This document shows, one piece after another, positions 10,377-19,837 of a stretch of 64,000 bases of DNA. The translations under genes and the position numbers were made by a program. Location of the stretch: NCBI GenBank assembly GCA_017409475.1, contig JAFQSP010000008.1:51650-115649 (forward strand), given 5' to 3'. This stretch comes from Clostridia bacterium (GTDB taxonomy: Bacteria; Bacillota; Clostridia; Oscillospirales; Acutalibacteraceae). Every line of letters starts with the position of its first letter. Position 1 is the first letter of the stretch. The notes under the pieces are model-generated. The model was not told where the DNA came from and ran no database searches. It saw only the letters and a program-made list of their open reading frames with translations.

Positions 10377-11300
10377 ATGCAAATTAAAATCAGCGAACTC
10401 AATAATCTTACAAAAAACTCACTTTCGGAATTTATTAAAAGCGGGGATAAGGAATATTACGATAATATAATGAGAATAGCTGCCGAAATTCGCGATAATG
10501 CAAATGAGCGTCCGATTATACTCATTTCGGGACCGTCGGGTAGCGGAAAAACAACCACCGCAAAAATTCTCGAAAGTATACTTGATAATTGGGGATATAG
10601 CACCCATACCTTGCCTATGGACGATTATTTTTCGTCACTTACCCCTGAGCAAAGAAAGCTTGCCGACGAGCATAAGCTTGACCTTGAATCGCCCGATAGA
10701 GTTGATTCCGAGTTTTTAAATGCTCAGCTTGATGCTATTTCAAAGGGGATACCCGTCAGATTGCCGAAATTTGACTTTTCGACTAATCAAAGATATCTTA
10801 CCGACGAAGTTCTCGAACGAAAGGAAAACGAGCTTGTAATTCTCGAAGGTATACACGCACTCAATCCATCAGTAGTAACCTTTGACGATAGCCATACTAC
10901 CCGCATTTATATCAGCGTCAGAACCCGTCTTTCCTTTGATGACGATAGCCTGCTTCACCCTGAAAAAATTCGTTTAATGCGCCGTATGCTTCGTGACAAA
11001 ATCTATCGCGGAAGAAAAATTGACCATACGCTTAGAATGTTTGACAGCGTTCAGCGTGGCGAAAATAATTTCATTATGCCATTTAAGCATAGAGCAACCC
11101 ACGATATAGATACCTTTATAAAGTACGAGGTGGGAGTTTATAAGAATTTACTCCTCGATGAATTAAAGCAGCTTCCGTCGGATGAAAAAACAGAGAATAT
11201 GATAGCGGCATTAACGGCCATCGAGCCGATTTCACTCGACTACGTGCCAAAGGAATCGCTTATCCGCGAATTTATCGGAAACGGTCAATTCGCATATTAA
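10377..11300 (+). CDS. P-loop nucleoside/uridine kinase-family protein
   Basis: Walker A GPSGSGKTTTAK and an LEGIHALNP segment typical of the uridine kinase/PRK family. GGAGG lies upstream of the ATG. Confidence 0.7.
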   Translation: MQIKISELNNLTKNSLSEFIKSGDKEYYDNIMRIAAEIRDNANERPIILISGPSGSGKTTTAKILESILDNWGYSTHTLPMDDYFSSLTPEQRKLADEHKLDLESPDRVDSEFLNAQLDAISKGIPVRLPKFDFSTNQRYLTDEVLERKENELVILEGIHALNPSVVTFDDSHTTRIYISVRTRLSFDDDSLLHPEKIRLMRRMLRDKIYRGRKIDHTLRMFDSVQRGENNFIMPFKHRATHDIDTFIKYEVGVYKNLLLDELKQLPSDEKTENMIAALTAIEPISLDYVPKESLIREFIGNGQFAY

Positions 11301-11325
11301 AAAATACAGCTTAATATTCAATCAT

Positions 11326-11367
11326 AAAAAAACGCCAAAAACGGAAATTCCGCTTCTGGCGTTTTTT
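11326..11367. terminator. Bidirectional terminator between convergent genes
   Basis: A-run, AACGCCA ... TGGCGTT stem with an inner CGG/CCG helix, then T-run. Confidence 0.7.
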
Positions 11368-11369
11368 GT

Positions 11370-11861
11370 TTATTCTTTTACAAGCACCTTTACAATCTCG
11401 CCTACATACATTCTGTGAAAATCGTTGTCATACCATTTGAGGCATTCTTTGTCAATAAATCCGTCTTCTTTAAGGTCGCTTGTATATAGCTTTTTGCATA
11501 CAACCGTGAGCCTTGCCTCGTCAAAGGTAACTGTGTCGTTAATGAAAACAGGGGTGAGCCCTGCTGCGGCGGTTTTGTCGATATCGCGGCCGCTCTTTTT
11601 ACCGCAAATGGCGTGAATGTCCTTTTTATCTCCGTAGAATGAGAGGGTGAAAAGGTCATTCTTTTCGATAAATTCGTATGTGTACCTCTGCGGTCTGATA
11701 ACCGTAACGGCAACGTCCTTGCCCCACATTTCGCCCATTCCGCCCCAGCTGGCGGTCATCATGTTATATCCCGTTTCATCTCCCGCTGCTACAAGCATCC
11801 ACTCGTCGGCTATGAGCTTTATGATATTATCCTTTATTTCTTTTGCCTTTATTTCTTTCAT
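11370..11861 (-). CDS. Flavin reductase-like, FMN-binding split-barrel protein
   Basis: 163 aa. The LVAAGD..YNMMTASWGGMG pattern is typical of the flavin reductase domain family. Confidence 0.7.
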   Translation of the reverse strand: MKEIKAKEIKDNIIKLIADEWMLVAAGDETGYNMMTASWGGMGEMWGKDVAVTVIRPQRYTYEFIEKNDLFTLSFYGDKKDIHAICGKKSGRDIDKTAAAGLTPVFINDTVTFDEARLTVVCKKLYTSDLKEDGFIDKECLKWYDNDFHRMYVGEIVKVLVKE

Positions 11862-11923
11862 AAATAAATCAACTCCCTTTATGCTACTGATATTATCATA
11901 TTTAAACCGCGTTTACAAGTACA

Positions 11924-14224
11924 TTATGCGGCGTTTTCGATAATTGCTACCATAACGGTGATGTCATCCTCGTGACCTTTTTCGCATCTGCGAAGAGCCA
12001 TATCGGCGAGTTTTTCTGCCAGCTTTTGAGCCGAGCCGTTCTGCCATAAACCGATTTCGTGCGAAATCCACTCAATTCCGTCAACTGCCGCACCGTCCGA
12101 CAGCATGACTACAATATCACCCTTCGCTAAGTTTACGCCTGCGCAGTCGAATTTTATCTCGCGAAGTATTCCTGCGGGTAGTGAGGTGCTTTCGGCACGG
12201 CCTGTGTAACCGCGCTGACGTATAACGGTTGGAGCAGCTCCCGCCTTATACATATCCATTCGTCCTGAAAAAAGGTCGATATTTGCCGCATCAATGGTTG
12301 CGAGGGATTCATCCACCGATTTAAAAATCATGGCTGAATTAACAATTTTTAGCGAACAGTCGTAGCCAAAGCCTGCCTTTATCAGTTGCGCCATGAGCCC
12401 CGATGCCATAGCTGAGTCAACGGCGGCTCTGCCGCCCGTGCCCATTCCGTCGGATAGAATCATAACGGCGCTTCCACGCCCGTCGGTAAAAATATCGCCC
12501 GAATCACCGCATATTTTTGCGCCTTTGCATGAATGCTGAGCGATCCCGTAATCAATGGAGAACACCGCCTTTTCGGACAGCGTAATGAGATTTCCTCGTT
12601 CGTTGGATGTAATTGTCGGTGGGTCAAAATCTCTTGCACAAATTGCAGAAACCGTTTTCAGCAGCTCTGACCGATTGATGAGCTTGTTCATTACGCCTGT
12701 ACGAATTTCTACCGTCATATGACTGTATTTGTCCACCGAACAGGCGATATCGGTCGCAATGATTCCAATCTCTTTTAGTCGTGAAGTTAACAGACGCGCT
12801 GTTTGAATATCGTATCTTCTCGATTTTTCAAAGTCGACCGCCATTTCGCGCAGCATATCCGACATTCCTTGAAATTGGTCACATACCACGCCTCTAACCT
12901 CGTCAATGCGCTTTTGCGCTTTTTGCTTCGATACAAAGTCGCCGTATTCCGATTCAAGTTGCTCCTTTATTTTTTCTTTTCTTGAACAGGTGCTGTAAAG
13001 TGGTATTTCCTGTTCTTCGCCGCTTGTTATTTCCTTGATTATCAGTGCCATTGATGAAAGTGTGCTTTCCTTTTCTTTTTCCCAGCAGTGCATCCTCAAG
13101 CCGCATTCGGCGCAAACGCTTTTTTCGGTGAGGCGAAATATCTGGTCATATTCCGGGGTGTTGATTTTCGCCAAGCGGCTTGACACCTTTTTGAGAGTTT
13201 TATCAATATTCGTCAGAGCGTCAGATGCCCCTTTGAGCCGCATCGATACGGTTTTTCTGAGCCCATCAAGGCGGGGCATTTCGGGAGCAGGAGCAAAAAA
13301 GGCTGAAAAGAATACCTGTATGTTTTTTGGCATAACGAGGACTAAAAGTATACTGATTATTATCTCGTATAATGAGATGAGACTGGCGTTCACTTGTCCC
13401 GACTGAATAAATATCACCGTACTGCTGACCAAAAATGCCGCCGCTGACCCGATTATGCCAAAGTGGGCAAAAAGTCCTGCCACCATTCCGCCGAGGCTGT
13501 ATGCACCGGCTAAAAACATCATTGAGCCCGACATCAGCGACATCGCAAAGCCGAGCGACGCGCCTACAATGGCTCCTGCTGTTTCGCGCCCGTATCTTGC
13601 CGCCGATATTATGAGAAATACTGCAATAACTCTTGCTACCGAAACGTGCATAATTTCGATTTCCGAAAGGGACATTATTATCATTGAAAACACTACTGCG
13701 ATGCTTACAAGGTCGGTTTGACCTATTCCGTGAGGTGAGCGAACAGCGTCCTTTATTTTCGCCGCTTTGTTTACAAAGTATGCTCCCGAAGCGCATATAA
13801 GTCCTTCGGCAATACACATTATGAAATCGTTGAAGCTTGATATGAATATTATTCCTGATAACGAGCCTACACCACCTAAAAGAGCCGAAAATCCGCTTGT
13901 TTTTGTTATTTTCAGCCTTTCGGGAAGAGCCCATTTCAGCATTGTTACAGTTACAACTGCGCCTATGTATCTTATTCCGCCGCTGCTTGTAACGGGGACA
14001 AAGTAGCCTATTGAAGCACCGATTGCAGCGGCAATTGACATTTCGGACGGCATACCTGCAACGGCCGCAATTCCCAGCGGGGCATATCCTTTAAAAAACA
14101 TCACTCGCGAAAGTAGAAAACCGCATACCGCGGATATCAGTTGACATAAAACCGTAAACGGCAATTCGGCTAACTGCTTTTTGCTAATGGATTTTTTGAC
14201 TGCATTTTCTTTCAACATTCCCAC
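11924..14224 (-). CDS. spoIIE: Stage II sporulation protein E, membrane-bound PP2C phosphatase
   Basis: About 10 N-terminal TM helices, a central region and a C-terminal PP2C domain (SDGMGTGGRA, MLSDG, DDITV). The start could be GTG 14224 or ATG 14218. Confidence 0.9.
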   Translation of the reverse strand: MGMLKENAVKKSISKKQLAELPFTVLCQLISAVCGFLLSRVMFFKGYAPLGIAAVAGMPSEMSIAAAIGASIGYFVPVTSSGGIRYIGAVVTVTMLKWALPERLKITKTSGFSALLGGVGSLSGIIFISSFNDFIMCIAEGLICASGAYFVNKAAKIKDAVRSPHGIGQTDLVSIAVVFSMIIMSLSEIEIMHVSVARVIAVFLIISAARYGRETAGAIVGASLGFAMSLMSGSMMFLAGAYSLGGMVAGLFAHFGIIGSAAAFLVSSTVIFIQSGQVNASLISLYEIIISILLVLVMPKNIQVFFSAFFAPAPEMPRLDGLRKTVSMRLKGASDALTNIDKTLKKVSSRLAKINTPEYDQIFRLTEKSVCAECGLRMHCWEKEKESTLSSMALIIKEITSGEEQEIPLYSTCSRKEKIKEQLESEYGDFVSKQKAQKRIDEVRGVVCDQFQGMSDMLREMAVDFEKSRRYDIQTARLLTSRLKEIGIIATDIACSVDKYSHMTVEIRTGVMNKLINRSELLKTVSAICARDFDPPTITSNERGNLITLSEKAVFSIDYGIAQHSCKGAKICGDSGDIFTDGRGSAVMILSDGMGTGGRAAVDSAMASGLMAQLIKAGFGYDCSLKIVNSAMIFKSVDESLATIDAANIDLFSGRMDMYKAGAAPTVIRQRGYTGRAESTSLPAGILREIKFDCAGVNLAKGDIVVMLSDGAAVDGIEWISHEIGLWQNGSAQKLAEKLADMALRRCEKGHEDDITVMVAIIENAA

Positions 14225-14384
14225 CGCCTGTTATTAGTTTATAGTTATTATAATGTAATGGCGGTACCGATTTTGTCACAAGCGGTATGAGCGAATAGGT
14301 AATTTTATGACGCTAAATGGCGAAATTGAATTTTATTAAAAGAAAGAGGCGGCATAATTGCATAAAAAAGTAAAAAAATTCCGC

Positions 14385-14413
14385 TTGACTAATTATGAAA
14401 AGGGGAGTATAAT
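14385..14413 (+). promoter_or_regulatory. SigA-type promoter of the lexA operon
   Basis: TTGACT (14385-14390), 17-nt spacer, TATAAT (14408-14413). Confidence 0.6.
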
Positions 14414-14438
14414 CTAAATGAAACAAATTTTTCATTTA
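14414..14438 (+). promoter_or_regulatory. Perfect inverted repeat over the predicted lexA transcription start; candidate operator or 5' stem-loop
   Basis: CTAAATGAAA (14414-14423) and TTTCATTTAG (14429-14438) are exact reverse complements separated by 5 nt. The repeat starts directly after the -10 box. Confidence 0.5.
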
Positions 14439-14465
14439 GAGATTTTGAAAAGGGGTGAGCAAATA

Positions 14466-15071
14466 TTGCGAACAAAAAACAGTGAATATTTTATTAAAAT
14501 TGAGGAGTTTATTAAGGATTATTACCAAAAGAACGGAATTTCACCTTCAATGCGCGAAATTTCGCAAAAGGTTGGAATTTCCTGTGCTACAGTTCAGCGC
14601 TATTTGTCCACCATGAGAGAAGAGGGCAAAATTAAATATAGCGGTCACCGTTCGATTATGTCTAACGGGTCGGTTCGCGATATTGGCCAAGTTTTAAAGG
14701 TGCCCGTTCTTGGACGGGTTTCCTGCGGTATGCCGAAGTATGCGGAGGAAAATATCGAAGAATATATCGATTTGCCCACCTCAATTTTCGGAAACGGTAA
14801 TTTTTATATTCTTTATGCAAGCGGTGACTCAATGATTGAAGCGGGAATAAACGACGGTGACATGGTCCTTATTCGTGTTCAGAATACGGCTGAGGTGGGG
14901 GATATTGTTGTGGCGCTTATCGATGATGAGGTTACATTAAAAAGATACTATCCCGACCGAGTGCATAAACGAATTCGACTTCACCCCGAAAATCGCACAA
15001 TGGCGGATATAATTGTTTCCGATTGTATCATTCAGGGCGTTGCAGTAAAGCTGATAAAGGATTTGAATTAA
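14466..15071 (+). CDS. lexA: LexA repressor (wHTH plus S24 autopeptidase)
   Basis: The ORF track starts at 14418, but the promoter leaves no leader for that ATG. In-frame TTG 14466 sits 6-7 nt after AAAGGGGTGA. S24 Ser/Lys dyad present (SGDSM, TLKRY). The cleavage-site region reads GRVSCGMP. Confidence 0.85.
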   Translation: MRTKNSEYFIKIEEFIKDYYQKNGISPSMREISQKVGISCATVQRYLSTMREEGKIKYSGHRSIMSNGSVRDIGQVLKVPVLGRVSCGMPKYAEENIEEYIDLPTSIFGNGNFYILYASGDSMIEAGINDGDMVLIRVQNTAEVGDIVVALIDDEVTLKRYYPDRVHKRIRLHPENRTMADIIVSDCIIQGVAVKLIKDLN

Positions 15072-15075
15072 TAAA

Positions 15076-15333
15076 ATGCAGTACCGAAGAATACAACTTG
15101 AAGTTGAGGCGGTTTTTCATACCGATGGGAGCTTTGTGCCAAAGAGAATATATTTCGACGATAAGCCGTACGAAATCGACCGAATTATTCGTGTTCGTCC
15201 CTATTGTCCGCGAGTGGTGGGGTGCGTTGCGCCTATTCAGTATACCGTTCTTGTCGAAGGAGCGCAGAAAAAGATATATTACGAGGCCGATTCAAACACA
15301 TGGTTTTCGGTAAAGGAATGTGATAAAACGTGA
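15076..15333 (+). CDS. Hypothetical 85-aa protein between lexA and dinB
   Basis: The ORF starts 4 nt after the lexA stop and overlaps the dinB GTG start by 4 nt. I recognise no motif, and the upstream AAGGA is distant, so the RBS is weak. Confidence 0.5.
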   Translation: MQYRRIQLEVEAVFHTDGSFVPKRIYFDDKPYEIDRIIRVRPYCPRVVGCVAPIQYTVLVEGAQKKIYYEADSNTWFSVKECDKT

Positions 15334-16565
15334 GCGAAAGGGCGATATTGCATAGCGACCTTAATTGCTTTTTTGCCTCGGTAGAAAGGGTGCTTAATCC
15401 CGAATACGAGGGAAAGGCAATTGCGGTTTGCGGCTCTACCGAGGACCGTCACGGCATCGTTTTAGCTAAATCCGAGCTTGCGAAGCAGGCAGGGGTAAAA
15501 ACCGGAATGGTTATCTGGCAAGCAAAGCAGCTACGCCCTGATTTGATTATCGTAAAGCCGAATTACGAATATTATTCAAAGTTTTCGTCACTTGTTAGGG
15601 ATATTTATTATCGATTTACCGACCTTGTTGAGCCGTTTGGACTTGACGAATGTTGGCTTGATGTGACCAATAGCCATATTTTTGGTTCACCTTACGAAAT
15701 CGCCGAAAAAATACGTTCCACTATAAAAAGGGAACTCGGGCTTACTGTCAGCATCGGTGTTTCGTATAACAAGGTGTTTGCAAAGCTTGGCTCAGATATG
15801 AAAAAACCCGACGCAATTACCGTAATTGACCGCGAGAACTTTCGCGAAAAAATATGGAATTTGAGCGTTTCAAATCTCCTTTATGTCGGACGCGCAACGA
15901 CCAAGCGGCTGAATGAACATGGGATTTTTACAATAGGCGAGCTGGCGTTGTCATCCCTTTCGGTGATTGAGAAATTGCTTGGAGTAAATGGCGTTCAGTT
16001 ATGGCATTATGCGAGGGGAGAGGACACCTCGCGAGTTATGCATCGTGACTTTGTCTTTCCGGCGAAAAGCTTAGGGCACGGAATAACCTGTAATGCCGAC
16101 CTTGAAAACGAAGAGGAGGTATGGCGGGTTATATTGCAGCTTGCTCAGGATTTGGGGCATCGACTTCGTGTGCATAATCTGACAGCTTCGGGGGTTAAAT
16201 TGTCGGTAAAAAGCGAGGATTTAAAGGTGCGTCAGTATCAATCTCCGCTTGAAATTCAAACCCAAAGTCCGTTTGAAATAGCCACTGCCGCAAGGAGCCT
16301 TTTTAAATCGTATGATTGGGAGAAAAAGGTTCGTGCGCTGTCGGTTACTGCTATCGGACTTTTAGCCGAATCTAAGCCCTTTCAAATTGACCTGTTCAAC
16401 GATTTAGAACGTCACGATAAACAAAAAAGCATTGACGATGCAGTTTACATAATTCGTAACAAATTTGGCGAAAAATCGGTACGTGCCGCCTCTCTTTTAG
16501 GCGATTTAAAGATTCCCGATGCTTCAGAGCGTAACAGTGTATTACCCGGAAAAATGTTTGAGTAA
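15330..16565 (+). CDS. dinB: DNA polymerase IV (Y-family translesion polymerase)
   Basis: N-terminal HSDLNCFFASVE, the catalytic motif equivalent to DMDAFYASVE. Length and domain order are typical at 411 aa. GTG start. Confidence 0.9.
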   Translation: MSERAILHSDLNCFFASVERVLNPEYEGKAIAVCGSTEDRHGIVLAKSELAKQAGVKTGMVIWQAKQLRPDLIIVKPNYEYYSKFSSLVRDIYYRFTDLVEPFGLDECWLDVTNSHIFGSPYEIAEKIRSTIKRELGLTVSIGVSYNKVFAKLGSDMKKPDAITVIDRENFREKIWNLSVSNLLYVGRATTKRLNEHGIFTIGELALSSLSVIEKLLGVNGVQLWHYARGEDTSRVMHRDFVFPAKSLGHGITCNADLENEEEVWRVILQLAQDLGHRLRVHNLTASGVKLSVKSEDLKVRQYQSPLEIQTQSPFEIATAARSLFKSYDWEKKVRALSVTAIGLLAESKPFQIDLFNDLERHDKQKSIDDAVYIIRNKFGEKSVRAASLLGDLKIPDASERNSVLPGKMFE

Positions 16566-16589
16566 ACTGCTATAGATTAAAAAATAGCA

Positions 16590-16634
16590 TAAAAACATTC
16601 CATGCATTTTTTAATAATGCATGGAATGTTTTTA
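16590..16634. terminator. Bidirectional terminator between dinB and ispF
   Basis: 13-bp stem ACATTCCATGCAT / ATGCATGGAATGT flanked by an A-run and a T-run. Confidence 0.8.
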
Positions 16635-16649
16635 TGTTTACATAATTAT

Positions 16650-17123
16650 TTATTTCTCGATTAGACAAACGCAATGAGCCGAAATTCCTTCGAGCCGACC
16701 GGTAAAGCCCATTCCTTCCTCTGTGGTGGCCTTTACGCTTACGCAATCGACCGAAATACCAATCATGTCAGCAATATTATTTCTCATTTTATTAATATAC
16801 GGTGCAAGCTTCGGTTTTTGCGCCAGAATGGTTGCATCAAGGTTCACAATGTGGTAACCGTGACCATTTATGATTTCGACCGTTTTTTTAAGAAGAATCA
16901 TGCTATCGGCATTTTTATATTTTTGGTCGGTGTCGGGGAAATGCTTTCCTATGTCGCCGAGAGCAGCTGCACCAAAAAGCGAATCGCATATAGCGTGAGC
17001 GAGAACGTCAGCGTCGGAATGCCCTGCGAGCCCCATTTCCCATTCGATATTTTCGCCGCCTATAATGAGCGGTCGTCCTTTCTCAAATCGGTGAGCGTCA
17101 TAGCCGTGACCGATACGAAACAT
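16650..17123 (-). CDS. ispF: 2-C-methyl-D-erythritol 2,4-cyclodiphosphate synthase
   Basis: 157 aa with [11 protein letters not shown] and the HGYD.H metal-binding N-terminus. Confidence 0.93.
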   Translation of the reverse strand: MFRIGHGYDAHRFEKGRPLIIGGENIEWEMGLAGHSDADVLAHAICDSLFGAAALGDIGKHFPDTDQKYKNADSMILLKKTVEIINGHGYHIVNLDATILAQKPKLAPYINKMRNNIADMIGISVDCVSVKATTEEGMGFTGRLEGISAHCVCLIEK

Positions 17124-17291
17124 AAATTAATCACCCTTTTCAATATCTTAATAGTATTATACACCAAACTTTTCGCGTTCGCAATTGTGTAAAATGCTAC
17201 AAAAAAAGCTAAAATTTTTACACACAAAACGATTGATTATATCTACATTTATGTTAAAATATATATAATATTATGTTTGGAGGTGTACCCT

Positions 17292-18179
17292 TTGGGCGCA
17301 TTGTTTAAAATGATAGAATCGTGGATTACCCATTTTGGCTTGGTAATGAGCGCCTTTGGGATAGTCGACCTTCTCGATATTATCATTGTCGCATTCATTA
17401 TCTATAAGCTGATTCAGATTGTCCGCCAAACGAGAGCTAAGCAGCTTATTTACGGTGTGCTTATTATCGTTTTTGCGTGGGCTATTTCAGCGTGGCTTGA
17501 TATGATCGCCCTGAATTCAATGCTTAACCTCGTAATTGGCCAAGGTGTTATAGCTATTGCTATTATTTTCCAGCCTGAAATTCGTAATGCATTGGAGCTC
17601 GTGAGCCGTACTAATATCGGTCTCATCAGCCGAAAGAATAAAACGGGTAACGTCTCAGCAATAGAGACAAGTATCGACGCAGTGACTCATGCCTGCCAAG
17701 CATTTCAGAATTCAAAAACAGGAGCGCTTATTGTATTCGAGCGCGATACCCGCCTCGGCGATATTATAAAAACGGGAACAGTAGTTGATGCCGACGTAAC
17801 GGTTGAACTGCTGAGTAATATTTTTTATCCCAAAGCGGCTCTTCACGATGGTGCAGTAATCATTCGCGAAGGAAGAATACATGCAGCAGGTTGTATTCTC
17901 CCGCTCACTCATGACAGCAATTTGAAAAAAGGTCTTGGAACACGTCATCGAGCATCAATCGGCATGAGTGAAAATTCGGACGCGGTTGTTGTAGTTGTTT
18001 CTGAGGAAACGGGTAACATTTCGGTCGCAATCGACGGAAAGCTTCGCCGCGATTTTAATATGGGCTCACTTCACGAGTTTCTCGAAAAAGAGCTTATTGT
18101 TGATACGAATGATAATGACAATTCATTCATCAGCAAGATTAGGATGATAGGAGGCAACAAAAATGACTCAGTTAAGTAG
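17292..18179 (+). CDS. cdaA: Diadenylate cyclase CdaA (membrane-anchored DAC domain)
   Basis: Three N-terminal TM helices and a DAC domain with DGAVII and TRHRA motifs. GGAGGTG at 17279-17285 favours in-frame TTG 17292. The ORF track starts at 17277, and ATG 17310 is an alternative. Confidence 0.88.
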   Translation: MGALFKMIESWITHFGLVMSAFGIVDLLDIIIVAFIIYKLIQIVRQTRAKQLIYGVLIIVFAWAISAWLDMIALNSMLNLVIGQGVIAIAIIFQPEIRNALELVSRTNIGLISRKNKTGNVSAIETSIDAVTHACQAFQNSKTGALIVFERDTRLGDIIKTGTVVDADVTVELLSNIFYPKAALHDGAVIIREGRIHAAGCILPLTHDSNLKKGLGTRHRASIGMSENSDAVVVVVSEETGNISVAIDGKLRRDFNMGSLHEFLEKELIVDTNDNDNSFISKIRMIGGNKNDSVK

Positions 18180-19401
18180 TTTGTTCTCCCGCCTTCTTAA
18201 AAGCAACCGAGTTCTTGCGGTATTGTCTCTTATCGTGTCGTTTGTTATTTGGTTCAATCTGTCTCAGGTTTACAACCCCGTTTCTACAAGGGATATTGCC
18301 AATGTACCGGTAACATTTCGTGTCAGCTCGGCACTTGCAGCTGACGGATACGAGGTTATAAAAAACAGCGAAATCACGGTTGACGTCACCGTATCGGGAA
18401 AAACGGCCAATATTTCATCTCTTTCGGCGAATGATATTGATATTGTTGCCAATATCACCGGTCAAGGACTAAAAACATGGACACTCGACAGTAGCGATAA
18501 CCGTAATTTTGATGTTATAGCAATGAGTATGAATCAAGTAACCGTTATGACCGATATTTTCAACCGTGACGGCGAAAATTTTGAAGTAACGGCAAAGTCT
18601 AATAACGTTTCTGCACCCGACGGACTTATTGCCGACGCGGCTAAAATAACCGATGAAGCGTTTTCTCAAATTAAAATTACGGGAGCTCAGTCGGTTATTG
18701 ATAAAATCGCTTATGTAGTAGCCGAGGCTGACGTTAACGATACGATAAAAGAAACTACCGAATTTGACGGTAACATTGCCTTGTTTGATAGCGAGGGAAA
18801 GATTATTGACAGCAGTTATGTTTTTCTCTCCTTTGATTCGGCTAAAATTACTGTTCCGATTTCGATGAAAAAAGAGGTCCCCGTTGTAGTAACCTTCGAA
18901 AACGCACCAAAGGATAATCCCATAAAGGCAACAACAAGCGTTAAAACGGTTGTAGTTAAGGGCCCTCAGCAGATTATCGAAAAGCTGAAATCGGTCGAAC
19001 TTGAGCCGATTGATTTTGCGGATATAACGCCTGACACTACCGAATTTGTTCAAAAGATAAGGATGCCTGAATCGATAGAGAGCAGTGACGGAAATGTCGA
19101 AATTACCGTAAATCTTCAAATGAAAGGCATAACTTATAAAAATATCATTGTGACAAATTCAAGCTTTAAGCCGCAGAATGTTACAGCCGGGCTTACCGCA
19201 ACTATGGATAGCTTTATGGTTAAAGTAATAGGCTCATCTTCGATGTTAAAAGGCATTACAGCCGACGATATTACTGTTTCTGCTGACCTTAAATCGTATA
19301 GCAAGGGTGAGCATAGCGGAGTACCGGTGATGGTAAAACTTGATAATAAATCATCGGTTTGGATTGCAGGAGTTTATACCGCCGACATAAAGCAATCTTA
19401 A
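18163..19401 (+). CDS. cdaR: CdaR/YbbR-domain regulator of CdaA
   Basis: Overlaps the cdaA 3' end. It has a single N-terminal TM and repeated beta-rich YbbR-like modules, in the canonical position after cdaA. Confidence 0.8.
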   Translation: MTQLSSLFSRLLKSNRVLAVLSLIVSFVIWFNLSQVYNPVSTRDIANVPVTFRVSSALAADGYEVIKNSEITVDVTVSGKTANISSLSANDIDIVANITGQGLKTWTLDSSDNRNFDVIAMSMNQVTVMTDIFNRDGENFEVTAKSNNVSAPDGLIADAAKITDEAFSQIKITGAQSVIDKIAYVVAEADVNDTIKETTEFDGNIALFDSEGKIIDSSYVFLSFDSAKITVPISMKKEVPVVVTFENAPKDNPIKATTSVKTVVVKGPQQIIEKLKSVELEPIDFADITPDTTEFVQKIRMPESIESSDGNVEITVNLQMKGITYKNIIVTNSSFKPQNVTAGLTATMDSFMVKVIGSSSMLKGITADDITVSADLKSYSKGEHSGVPVMVKLDNKSSVWIAGVYTADIKQS

Positions 19402-19500
19402 GCTTTGAAAAAAATGATCATAGGCCGTCTTTTAGGCGGTCTATTATTATCTGCACACATGAAAATTTCCCGAATATACTAAAAACGGGAGGTGCTAAAT

Positions 19501-19818
19501 GTGTCAGAGATGATACTAAATATAATTATTGCGTCATTAGCGATTTATGGCCTTACATGCCTTATAAGGTGGATTTGGGCTTTGGTAATAAAAAAGGCAA
19601 ATAATAAAAGTGTATTAGTCGTACCGCTTTATGACGATAATTTAGAGTTTTCGTTGCGAGATGCGGTTTCCTTATCAAAGGCTACATCAATCGAAAAAAT
19701 TGCGGCAGTAGACTGTGGTTTAAGCGACGAGTCGAGACGAATTGCGCTTATGTTCGCAAACGGCGAACCGCTTGTAAAAATTATCGGGCAAAATGATATT
19801 GTAGAGAAATTATTTTAA
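19501..19818 (+). CDS. Hypothetical small membrane-anchored protein
   Basis: N-terminal TM (ILNIIIASLAIYGLTCLIRWIWALVI) plus a roughly 70-aa soluble tail. GGGAGGTG ends 6 nt before in-frame GTG 19501. The ORF track starts at 19492. Confidence 0.5.
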   Translation: MSEMILNIIIASLAIYGLTCLIRWIWALVIKKANNKSVLVVPLYDDNLEFSLRDAVSLSKATSIEKIAAVDCGLSDESRRIALMFANGEPLVKIIGQNDIVEKLF

Positions 19819-19837
19819 CGGAAAAGAGGTGGGGACG

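Noticed and set aside
13266-13934. 222-aa ORF overlapping spoIIE on the same (minus) strand in a different reading frame
   Set aside because: It lies wholly inside a well-supported gene and has an Arg/Ser/Cys-rich, low-complexity composition typical of an off-frame read-through.
18469-19119. 216-aa ORF antisense to cdaR
   Set aside because: It lies entirely within the cdaR coding region on the opposite strand and has an implausible composition (many R, N, F, Y, C) and no RBS.
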